Below are positions 35,851 through 44,090 of a stretch of DNA of 64,000 nucleotides, in pieces. Numbering within the stretch: the stretch's first letter is position 1; the number at the start of each line of letters is the position of its first letter. A model generated the notes under the pieces. It worked only from the letters and a program-made list of their open reading frames with translations. It was not told the DNA's origin and made no database searches. The position numbers and the translations under genes are program-made. Location of the stretch: positions 62,001 to 126,000 of IMG/VR virus record IMGVR_UViG_3300049855_000348, one strand, 5' to 3'.

Positions 35851-36075
35851 CTAGCCCGGACCCCTCGGTGGATTCCTGGATCCGGTGGAGCCCTTTTCCC
35901 TGGCTTCCTTCATCCGCTTCGCCCGTTCGGTCATCAGATTGATCCAGTTCTTACGCTGGATGTTGGTCATGTTCATGACCTCCCAGCGTGCCAGACCACC
36001 GTCAGCCGTCATTGTGAAGACCTGATTGTCCAGGGCTTTACGAGTGTCCCAGTTCTCGGTTGGGCTCAGATTAGG
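35851..36075 (-). CDS. +1-frame extension of the gp26-like gene (gp51 / tail chaperone GT-like)
   Basis: 75-codon open +1 frame starting at CCC-TAA; encodes VF.M..GG..WEVMNM..QRKNW. Confidence 0.6.
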   Translation of the reverse strand, partial: PNLSPTENWDTRKALDNQVFTMTADGGLARWEVMNMTNIQRKNWINLMTERAKRMKEAREKGSTGSRNPPRGPG

Positions 36076-36901
36076 GACGAAAAAACGACTCCGTGATGGC
36101 GATGTTCACATCTTCCATCGAACCAGTCTCGGCGTTCTCGACTTCGATACGCACCTTCGGACCCGGGTTCTTGTCCATCAGTTCGGCACGGATGGCATGG
36201 GCCGTCTTGGCAATCATGCGATCGACAGCTTTGCGGACAGTGTCCGGGTTGCTGTCACCGTTGATGCTGACGATCTGACGACGCAGGGCCGAGGTGGGCG
36301 AGGAGTCGGGAGCCTTGGGGTTCTTCTTCTTCTCGTTCATCCGTTCGATCACGGCGTCTTGTTCATCCTTGCCGCGACTGAAGCGCAGTTCGTAGGTCAC
36401 GCCATCGTACTGGAATGGCCAGGGTTCCTGGAAGCCCTCGGGCAGCTTGTTGATCGTGAGCTTGCTCACGTCGGTCTTGATCTCCTGCTCGGTGCCGTCA
36501 CGCATGCGGGCACGGAAGCTGTACTCGGGGCCATAGCTGATGGCACGCAGGTAGAACAGCAGGTGCAGGCGATCTCCACTGAGGAGATCCATGGTGTTGA
36601 TGCCCTTGGTCATGATGCAGCGACTCAGCAGCATATCGATGGCGATACCCTGCTTGTGGAAACGCTCAGTGACCAGGATCTCTTCCTCCTTGGTTGTCAT
36701 CGGACGCACCAGCACGTAGCCGGCACGGGCGGGTGACTTCGCATCGTAGAGGGAGCCACCGCTGGGCAGGTCGACACGCTCTCCGGTGAACTCGGTATCC
36801 TGGCCAGTGGTGCCGATGCTGGCCTGGGCAAAGACGGCGTCGTTGGAGATCACCTTCTTGGGTGCGATCGGAGCTTTGGAGGGATCGTTTTCGGTGGGCA
36901 T
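36071..36901 (-). CDS. T4 gp26-like baseplate hub / tail assembly chaperone
   Basis: LPSGG.LY, VRPMTTKEEEIL, LL.GDR..LLFYLRAISYG..Y; ends FFRP. Confidence 0.85.
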   Translation of the reverse strand: MPTENDPSKAPIAPKKVISNDAVFAQASIGTTGQDTEFTGERVDLPSGGSLYDAKSPARAGYVLVRPMTTKEEEILVTERFHKQGIAIDMLLSRCIMTKGINTMDLLSGDRLHLLFYLRAISYGPEYSFRARMRDGTEQEIKTDVSKLTINKLPEGFQEPWPFQYDGVTYELRFSRGKDEQDAVIERMNEKKKNPKAPDSSPTSALRRQIVSINGDSNPDTVRKAVDRMIAKTAHAIRAELMDKNPGPKVRIEVENAETGSMEDVNIAITESFFRP

Positions 36902-36940
36902 GGTGGCTTCCTGCGACTACCTACCTGCCCACCTCCAGTT

Positions 36941-39900
36941 TCAGGACTCAGTTTGTTTGGTCAGGTGGTTGCCCACATAGGCGTCGTCGTAAATGTCGTC
37001 GATGCTATGGGCATACGGCTTGAGCAGGGCTTCCAATTCCGTCCGAGGGGCACGGAAGTGCAGTTCGATCTGGAGGTAGTTGAAGACGATGCTTTCCTTG
37101 GCGACCTTCTCCAGGCTGTCACGATACCCCAGCAGACCCTCGAACCCGAACCAGCCCTTGATGCCGGTCATGACGAGTTCATCGTCCTTGTCCCCGTAGG
37201 TCGGCCATGGGCTGGAGCCTGACGGGTTGGGTGATGCCCCATCCTTCCAAGGCGATGGAGAGCCAGCGGCGGCGAAGTTCGGCACCGGATCCTGAACCGA
37301 GGTGATCGAGTTCCATTCCTCGTTGAGGACGGAACGCAGCCACTCCAGGTAGGACAGCTTGCGGGGAACGTACTTGTTGCACACCGGATCCCACACACGG
37401 TCGTTGTAGTCGTAGGTGGCAGCCTGCCCGGGATTCATGAAGTCCCACAGAATCAGACCGTCGGCGAAGCCAACCGTCTGGATGTCGATCAATTCCTGAA
37501 GGTAGGCGTTGTCATACCAGTCAGCGATCAGACTGCGGCTGCGGTCGATGTCTGGCTCGATGGTGATCGGATCTTCCACCGACGCACGAACGGCACCGAA
37601 CTTCTCAGTGATGGGGATTGGGAACGGCTGGTAAGGGCTCTTGTAAGTTTCATTCCACGAGGTCCACAGACCGAGGTCGGTCGTGTTCTCCTGCCAGAAA
37701 TTCATGATGCCGTCTTTGTCGTAGTCCAGGTTCTCGCCGAACAGGCTGTACTGGAGTTCGTTGAAGTTGACGGCTTCACCAGCGAAGATGCTTGAGCGGT
37801 CAAGCGCCGGCATGCGGTACTGGAAGATCTTGAAGGAGTAGAACGACACCGGTGCAGCGGTGTTGGTCGTGCGTGGGTTGCTGGTGCCGATGAGGAGATC
37901 GTCACCGTTGGAAGCAGCATTCTCGTCGATCGACGCCGAGCCTTGGATCACCGTGATGCTGTTGATGCCGACTTCGAGATCACCCTGAGCCATGGCGATG
38001 TTGATGTGACACCAACGATCGTAGCGGATCTTTCCACCAACGAACAGCGGGTGACGGACGCGCATGTTGCCATCATCGATCAACGTATCCCAGGTGAACG
38101 GACTCCACAGCGGTGTCGGTCCATACAGGAAGCTGTCACTGGGCCAGAGGATTGGCAGATCGCCCCAGTCCTGCGGTGCAATCGGCCAGTACACCGGATA
38201 GGTGTCGGGCTGAGCATTCGCTGGTGAGATGGGCGGCGAGGCTGGGGTGAAGATGTTGGCCGGGAACGGATGTGGATCGAGTGGCGACGGGTACGGCGAA
38301 ACCGTCGGCGAGAACAGCCAGCGTGGGCTGTACTGTCCCGGGCTCGGAGCGTAGACACCATAGAACTGATCGATGGTGTAGAGCAGTGGATTGATCGGGA
38401 TCGGAGCGAAGACGAAACCTTCAGCCGTGCCAGCGGGATCGACACGATCAACAGGCATGATCTGGGCATAGGCTTGTTGAGCATGCCACATCAGGTATTG
38501 GCTGGCGATGATGGTGCCGTGGCCAGCGACGTAAGGGTCATCAGGCGACACGAGCAGGTACTTGCCACCACCGATGTCGAACGGCACACCGATCGACACC
38601 ACGCCGTCATTGCCCTGCCATTCGAGCGGCTGCAAGCCAGTCTCTTTGAAGGCAGTGTGGTAGGTGTCGTAGATGTTCGGGTTCGCCCAGTCAGTGCGCG
38701 GCGGGAAGATGCTGGTGCCGACTGAAGGATGGATCAGTGAGTTCCGGAAGGTGGTGCTGTTGAAGACACCTGAGTTGGCCAGTGAGAAGCGCAGCAGCTT
38801 TTCACGATCGACCGAGGCGATGTAGCCGGGCAGGTATGAGCCAGTCTTCTGGAAAAGAGTGAGCGCACCACGGGTGCCGAGCACGTCGTTGGCCGTCTCG
38901 TCATCCGAGTTGATCTTGAACCACGTGTCGATCGTCGTGCCGGCACGGCGGATGTTGTAGGCATCACGATGCTCAGCTTGGACGATGGTGTTCTTGCCAT
39001 CGAAGCGGAAGGAATGAGCCGCACGTTCACGAACGCCGAACTCCGAATCCACCTGGAAGCACTTCTCCAGGTCGACATGACGAAGCTCAGGGCGGGTATC
39101 GTAGGGCTGGGTCGACAGGTTGACCGTGTTCAGGATCTTGACGCTGTGACCGTAGACATCCTGGTAGAGGTTGAAGTGGTCGAACAGGGCAGTCTCAGCC
39201 GTGATGACGACGTAGATCTCGTGGGCCGGGTAGCCCTCACCCTTGACCATCATCTGGTCGACCAGATCGAACGACAGGTTGATGTGTCTCCATCCGTCAC
39301 TCTCACGGACATTCGTGGCGACGACCGTCTCGTAGTTCTCACGCCAGTGCTGGATGCTCGTCACCCGGTTGGTGACCTGATCCATGGCCCAGCCCTTGGG
39401 GCGGAGGCGGTTGTTGCGGACGACCTCGATCTTGGCATCCCCGGAGGTCGTCTTTACCCACAGCGAGAGGCCGTAGGAGCCGTTTGGAAGCACGATCCGG
39501 CGACAGAGGTACCCATCAGTCACCTCGACCGACTTCGTGCCGTAAACGGGCGTCTTGTCCCTCAGGAAGGCATAGGGCGGCAGGTCAGCCGGGATGTCGG
39601 TCGACGAGGCAGTGGTGGCAGTACCGCACCAGCCATCTTCGTCGATGGTGCCAGCCTCGAATGACGAGGTGAAGCGCCAGTCGCCATTGGCATCAAGCAG
39701 GTTGAACACGTCCTGGGTCACGTCCAGGGCGGTGAGGGGGTCGACCTCGGTCACCCGGTAGGAGTCGTAGTCCCCCTGGCTGATGATGTCCCGGTTGAAC
39801 GGAATGTGCAGCGAGCGGTTGGTGGTGGTGTCCAGGTAACGGCTCACACGACCATGCTGGGCAGCGTTGACGCTGGGCGGCTCAGCATCGACCGCAGGGC

Positions 39901-40690
39901 GAAGCACGTCGATGTACTGACCATACACGTACGAGAACGCAGCGCAGTCGGCCACCTGTTCATCGATCTTGCGGCCAAGGTATTCGTCGTAATTCGCCCG
40001 GATCAGATCCTCGTATGGTCCCCACACCTCAGGGTTGAGGATGGACATGCTGGGATCCATCCACATGGCGGCGAGGGTGACCATGTCGGTCTTCTCGCCA
40101 TCAGGACGGTAGAGATCCTGTTCCAGACCGATCAGACGAGCATCCCAACGACGATCACTCCACTTGATCGAGATCGAGTGGAGGTACTTCAGTTCTGTGC
40201 AGCGGAACGACAGGTAGTCGATGACCGAAGTTGCATCAGCCATCATGATCGGCGTACGAACACGCCACGTGACATCGCCTGGGCGACGCACGTTGTATCG
40301 CTGAGCTTTTTCCTGCTTCTCAGTGGTGGTGCCAGTGGAGGTGAAAACCACTCCATCGAGATCGGTACGCCCACCCATGTTGGTCAGATTGTAGAGCGGC
40401 TGCACCACGCCTGCGGAGTCAGGCAGGCCGGTGAATAACAGGTTACCAGTCAGGCGGGTGAACTGGCGATCATCGCAGCCGACGCCGGGCTTGGTGGTCT
40501 GCTGTTCGCAGACGGTGATGCGACGCAAACGATGAACGTTGCGACGAGGATCTTCGGCCTGATCATCAGTCAGCAGGAAGCGATCTTCGGGGAATTGACG
40601 AAGACTCAGCGCGATGGCTGAAAGGATGGGAATCCGGTAAAGCCGCAACGCTCTTTCGAGATCATTCGTTAGAGCTTTGGCGATGCCCAT
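36941..40690 (-). CDS. Large virion protein with LamG/ConA-like and carbohydrate-binding-like domains
   Basis: Start MGIAKA after GAGG SD; F.FDG, TIDTWFK, W.HI and LLIG..N patterns; Pro/Ser-rich insert. Confidence 0.7.
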   Translation of the reverse strand: MGIAKALTNDLERALRLYRIPILSAIALSLRQFPEDRFLLTDDQAEDPRRNVHRLRRITVCEQQTTKPGVGCDDRQFTRLTGNLLFTGLPDSAGVVQPLYNLTNMGGRTDLDGVVFTSTGTTTEKQEKAQRYNVRRPGDVTWRVRTPIMMADATSVIDYLSFRCTELKYLHSISIKWSDRRWDARLIGLEQDLYRPDGEKTDMVTLAAMWMDPSMSILNPEVWGPYEDLIRANYDEYLGRKIDEQVADCAAFSYVYGQYIDVLRPAVDAEPPSVNAAQHGRVSRYLDTTTNRSLHIPFNRDIISQGDYDSYRVTEVDPLTALDVTQDVFNLLDANGDWRFTSSFEAGTIDEDGWCGTATTASSTDIPADLPPYAFLRDKTPVYGTKSVEVTDGYLCRRIVLPNGSYGLSLWVKTTSGDAKIEVVRNNRLRPKGWAMDQVTNRVTSIQHWRENYETVVATNVRESDGWRHINLSFDLVDQMMVKGEGYPAHEIYVVITAETALFDHFNLYQDVYGHSVKILNTVNLSTQPYDTRPELRHVDLEKCFQVDSEFGVRERAAHSFRFDGKNTIVQAEHRDAYNIRRAGTTIDTWFKINSDDETANDVLGTRGALTLFQKTGSYLPGYIASVDREKLLRFSLANSGVFNSTTFRNSLIHPSVGTSIFPPRTDWANPNIYDTYHTAFKETGLQPLEWQGNDGVVSIGVPFDIGGGKYLLVSPDDPYVAGHGTIIASQYLMWHAQQAYAQIMPVDRVDPAGTAEGFVFAPIPINPLLYTIDQFYGVYAPSPGQYSPRWLFSPTVSPYPSPLDPHPFPANIFTPASPPISPANAQPDTYPVYWPIAPQDWGDLPILWPSDSFLYGPTPLWSPFTWDTLIDDGNMRVRHPLFVGGKIRYDRWCHINIAMAQGDLEVGINSITVIQGSASIDENAASNGDDLLIGTSNPRTTNTAAPVSFYSFKIFQYRMPALDRSSIFAGEAVNFNELQYSLFGENLDYDKDGIMNFWQENTTDLGLWTSWNETYKSPYQPFPIPITEKFGAVRASVEDPITIEPDIDRSRSLIADWYDNAYLQELIDIQTVGFADGLILWDFMNPGQAATYDYNDRVWDPVCNKYVPRKLSYLEWLRSVLNEEWNSITSVQDPVPNFAAAGSPSPWKDGASPNPSGSSPWPTYGDKDDELVMTGIKGWFGFEGLLGYRDSLEKVAKESIVFNYLQIELHFRAPRTELEALLKPYAHSIDDIYDDAYVGNHLTKQTES

Positions 40691-40710
40691 GTAGTCCTCT
40701 TTGAAAACGA

Positions 40711-40746
40711 AAAAACCCGCTGGCCTATCTAGCCAGCGGGTCTTCG
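40711..40746 (-). terminator. Intrinsic terminator after the tail tube gene
   Basis: ACCCGCTGGC-TAGATAG-GCCAGCGGGT followed by T-tract. Confidence 0.85.
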
Positions 40747-40760
40747 TTTGAAGCCAATGA

Positions 40761-41441
40761 TCAGTTGGTGATGGCTTCTTTGCGGCGGATGCGGAAGGCA
40801 CGGTCGTAGCGGAAGCTGACCGAGATCTCCTGCACATCGCTCGAACCGTAGTCGAGGTCGCCGTACTCGATCTTCTGCGGGAAGATGCCCTGGATGAGCC
40901 ATGTCTGGGTGATGCCCTGGCCAGCGTTCTCAGCGGCGAAGTCGACATCACCATCTTCGTTGTAGGACTCCAGCAGCATCGGCTCCAGCATGTGGAGGTA
41001 GGCCAGACCCTTGCAGTTGGCAGCCGAACCGAAGGCATCACCCTTGTTGGGCTGGTACATCAGTTCGCGCCAGCCTTCCATGACATCCGAGGTGGACGGC
41101 ATGCTGGTGTCGAGACCCTGGGAAGCATCAGCACCACCAGCCGAGCGCATCTGGATCGAGTCGTAGAACGACACCTGAAGAGGCTCGTACTTCGGCTTGC
41201 CCGGCAGGTAGATCGAGCCGTTCAGGCGCTTGACCTCGGTGTCCTCGAAACTGATGTTCGGGCGGGCAGCCTTCGAGCAGTTCAGGCGCAGCGAAGCCGC
41301 TGGGTTGTTCATCGCAGCAGCGAGGCCAGCCGGGAGAGTGAACTCCAGGATCCAGCGGTTCTTGCGCATGTACTCCATGTGCGGAGTAACCAGATTCTGA
41401 TCGGCTGCGGCCCAACCGAAGGTCTTGGTATCATCTGGCAT
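40761..41441 (-). CDS. Tail tube protein (T4 gp19-like)
   Basis: NRW..F, RPNISF, YLPGKP.Y..L.V.FYD, W.I.GIFP....GDLDY.SSD..EI.V.FRYDRA. Confidence 0.9.
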   Translation of the reverse strand: MPDDTKTFGWAAADQNLVTPHMEYMRKNRWILEFTLPAGLAAAMNNPAASLRLNCSKAARPNISFEDTEVKRLNGSIYLPGKPKYEPLQVSFYDSIQMRSAGGADASQGLDTSMPSTSDVMEGWRELMYQPNKGDAFGSAANCKGLAYLHMLEPMLLESYNEDGDVDFAAENAGQGITQTWLIQGIFPQKIEYGDLDYGSSDVQEISVSFRYDRAFRIRRKEAITN

Positions 41442-41486
41442 TGGAAGGTCCTCGTGTTTATCTAGTAGGTGGGCCGGTTTGCTGGA

Positions 41487-44024
41487 TCAGACAACGCCGA
41501 CGGCGGCGAGGGCTTCGGTGAAGTTCGCACCCTGAGCGGTGATGACGAAGCTCAGGATGATCTTCTCGGCTGCCTTGGTCGGTTCGACCACGATGTAGCC
41601 GTAGACCTCGTTGTTGTCACGAGCGGCACTGCTCGTGGTCTGAGCGTCAATCTTCACCAGGAAGTTGTTCAAGCCACGCTTGTTCTTCACTTCCTGGTAG
41701 ATCGGGGTCAGGATCTTCACCAAGCTGGCCCAGAGGACAGCGTCGTTCGGATCGAAGAGTTCCGGACGAACGGCGGCGACCGAGGTGCGCTTGATGTAGT
41801 TCAACATGCGACGCACGTTGACACGATCGAGAGCCGAAGCGGCACGCTGGAGAGTGCGCTGACCGAAGATGACCACGCCATCCTTGGGGAAGTTCACGAT
41901 CGGGTTGACGGCGTTGCCGTTCGAGTACATGAAGTCGCGGTCACCCTGGTTGTTCACTGCATTGCCCTGGATGCCCAGAGCACGCACGAGGCGACCACGC
42001 TTGAAGCCAGCCGGAGCGAACCACACCTCACCGACGTTATCGGAGTAGGCGATCTGTTCGAGGACGCAGACGCTGGGCGGAACCCAGATCGTGCCACCGT
42101 TGAACAGGTCCTGGACCGGGAGCCAGCCGTAGTACAGAGCACCGAAGCTGGAGTTGAAGGCAGCGGAGTTGCCGAAGCCACGACCGTTGTGCCAGTCAAC
42201 CACATCCTGCGGAGACAGACCCTTGGTGACATCGCTGCCCGAGGGCGGATCGACGATGTAGATCAGATCGCCGGCACCTTCACAGATCGACAGACCAGCA
42301 CGGACGACAGCAGCCTGATCGAAACCAGGAGCAGCCAGAATGCTGTTGTCGTAGGTCTCGCGGTTGGCGTAGCCGTAGAGGCCGGAGTTGTCAGCAGGGT
42401 TGCCGATGACTGCATCGACGAGGTCGTTGTAGTCTTCCGGGATGCCGCTCTCACCACCGGTGAAGGCAGCGTCCTGCGAGGTGTAGAACTCGTAGGCGTT
42501 CCAGGTCAGGAAGGACTTGGCTGCGACATCGCTGATCACGTCGATACCACCCAACGCCGTTGTCAGCGAGGTCGAATCGCTGAGCAGGGTGATGTCTGCG
42601 GCAGCGAGCGGCGAGATGCCGCTGAAGCCTTCGAGTGCATCGATGAAGCTGCCGCTGACACCAGACGGCTGGATGCGCAGGTTGACAGCCTTCTCGCCGA
42701 GTTCGTTCGTCTCACGGTACTCGACGGTCATGAGACCCGAGTCATCGTGGCCGAAGTACATCTTGGCGCTGTTGGCGTACTCACCAGGGCTCGAAGCCTT
42801 GAAGTGCAGCTTGAGCGAGTTGGTGTAGTCGAGGCGCTTGGTACGGGTGCTCGACAGATTGATGGTGCCGATGCTTTCGTCGACCGGGTTGACGATCTCA
42901 CCCTGCGGCAGGTTGGTACCACCGTTGACCAGGGTGACAGTGCCGGCGTCGATGAGACCAGAACCGTCGCTGCCCGCACCGTTCGCAGCGGTGACGATCA
43001 GACGGGCCGTGGTGTTGGCAGCCAGAGCGGACAACACTTCAGCAGCCGTGGTGACGGTCTCGTTGATGTTGACCGTGACTTCACGACCAGAAACGCTGAC
43101 TGGTGGCAGACCGGTGAAGGTGTTGCCGACATCGACGAAGGTGACCGAGATGCCATTGCCGGCGATGCCGGGCTTCTTGGCCGTCAACTGAAGCTGGCTG
43201 TACGGCGTTCCACCATCGTAGGCGTTGGTGGCGTAGCCGGGCTCGTTCGGGCTGACCGACGAGGTGTCGTCAACGAGCTTGAACTCCAGGTTGAGAGCGA
43301 CGAGATCAGCGAGGTTCGCCGTCTTGATGGCGATGAACTTCTGCACGCCGTTCACATTGTCTTCGACCAGGATGTTCTCAGCACGCAGCGGAGCGTCGAC
43401 CATCAAGCGGTTGAAGCGGTTGGTGAACTGATCGTAGTTCTCGAAGGTCTTCGTGGCGGAAGCCATCGGCACGAGCACCTGCACGAACGCACCGGAGCCA
43501 GTGATGGCAGCGTTGAGTTCGTCGAGAGTGGTGATCGGAGCGAAGGCGGCGGTGAAGATGTTCGAGGCACCGAAGCGGCGGACCAGGGCATCGAAGGCAT
43601 CCGAGCCCAGGAACGAACCACTGCGCTTGAACACCTGGATGGCGAAGGCGAGTTGGCCACCATTGATGGTGATGCCGGAATCGTCCTTGGCGAGATACAG
43701 GACCTGCGAGTTGACGACGATGGGCGAGTCAGCACTGGCGAAGGCTTCCGTGCCGTCAGTGACGCGGGTGTACCAGACCTGCGAGGTCTTGGACAGCGCA
43801 TTCATCACGGCGTGCATGCCGAAGCGTGCTTTACTGGTGCCGATCGCCGGTGGCTTGCCGAAGATGTTCGCAGCATTGGACTGCGAGGTCAGCAGCGTGG
43901 GTACGCCGACCGGTCCCTTACTGGCCACGCCAACCAAGGCGAGGACGGTGCTGGCGATACGGGCAGCGTAAGCCGACACATCGACTTCATTGGCGTAGGC
44001 ACCAGGGCTGAGATAGGTCGTCAT
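41487..44024 (-). CDS. Tail sheath protein (T4 gp18-like)
   Basis: YLSPG.Y..E.D, KGP.G.P, WFAPAG.KRG, NPIV.F, GQRTLQ..SALDRVNVRR, F.PND. Confidence 0.96.
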   Translation of the reverse strand: MTTYLSPGAYANEVDVSAYAARIASTVLALVGVASKGPVGVPTLLTSQSNAANIFGKPPAIGTSKARFGMHAVMNALSKTSQVWYTRVTDGTEAFASADSPIVVNSQVLYLAKDDSGITINGGQLAFAIQVFKRSGSFLGSDAFDALVRRFGASNIFTAAFAPITTLDELNAAITGSGAFVQVLVPMASATKTFENYDQFTNRFNRLMVDAPLRAENILVEDNVNGVQKFIAIKTANLADLVALNLEFKLVDDTSSVSPNEPGYATNAYDGGTPYSQLQLTAKKPGIAGNGISVTFVDVGNTFTGLPPVSVSGREVTVNINETVTTAAEVLSALAANTTARLIVTAANGAGSDGSGLIDAGTVTLVNGGTNLPQGEIVNPVDESIGTINLSSTRTKRLDYTNSLKLHFKASSPGEYANSAKMYFGHDDSGLMTVEYRETNELGEKAVNLRIQPSGVSGSFIDALEGFSGISPLAAADITLLSDSTSLTTALGGIDVISDVAAKSFLTWNAYEFYTSQDAAFTGGESGIPEDYNDLVDAVIGNPADNSGLYGYANRETYDNSILAAPGFDQAAVVRAGLSICEGAGDLIYIVDPPSGSDVTKGLSPQDVVDWHNGRGFGNSAAFNSSFGALYYGWLPVQDLFNGGTIWVPPSVCVLEQIAYSDNVGEVWFAPAGFKRGRLVRALGIQGNAVNNQGDRDFMYSNGNAVNPIVNFPKDGVVIFGQRTLQRAASALDRVNVRRMLNYIKRTSVAAVRPELFDPNDAVLWASLVKILTPIYQEVKNKRGLNNFLVKIDAQTTSSAARDNNEVYGYIVVEPTKAAEKIILSFVITAQGANFTEALAAVGVV

Positions 44025-44090
44025 TTGGTACTCCGGTGAAGGTCTGCGTTTATCTACGGTTGGACGTAAACGACTGCTAGTCGCTCAAAG

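Noticed and set aside
35990-36012. ADGGL in the frameshift extension as another tag copy
   Set aside because: Lacks the preceding I/V-x-V strand and lies within a conserved chaperone-like segment; probably coincidental.
40691-41041. N-terminal 116 aa of the 1366-aa ORF
   Set aside because: Overlaps the tail tube gene in another frame and crosses a terminator; an SD supports the start at 40690.
41469-44039. 856-aa plus-strand ORF (and similar long antisense ORFs at 3020-4042, 13235-14380, 17712-18812, 24408-25598, 34568-35854, 45088-46290)
   Set aside because: These are shadows of well-supported genes on the opposite strand, caused by strong codon bias; they carry no recognisable motifs.
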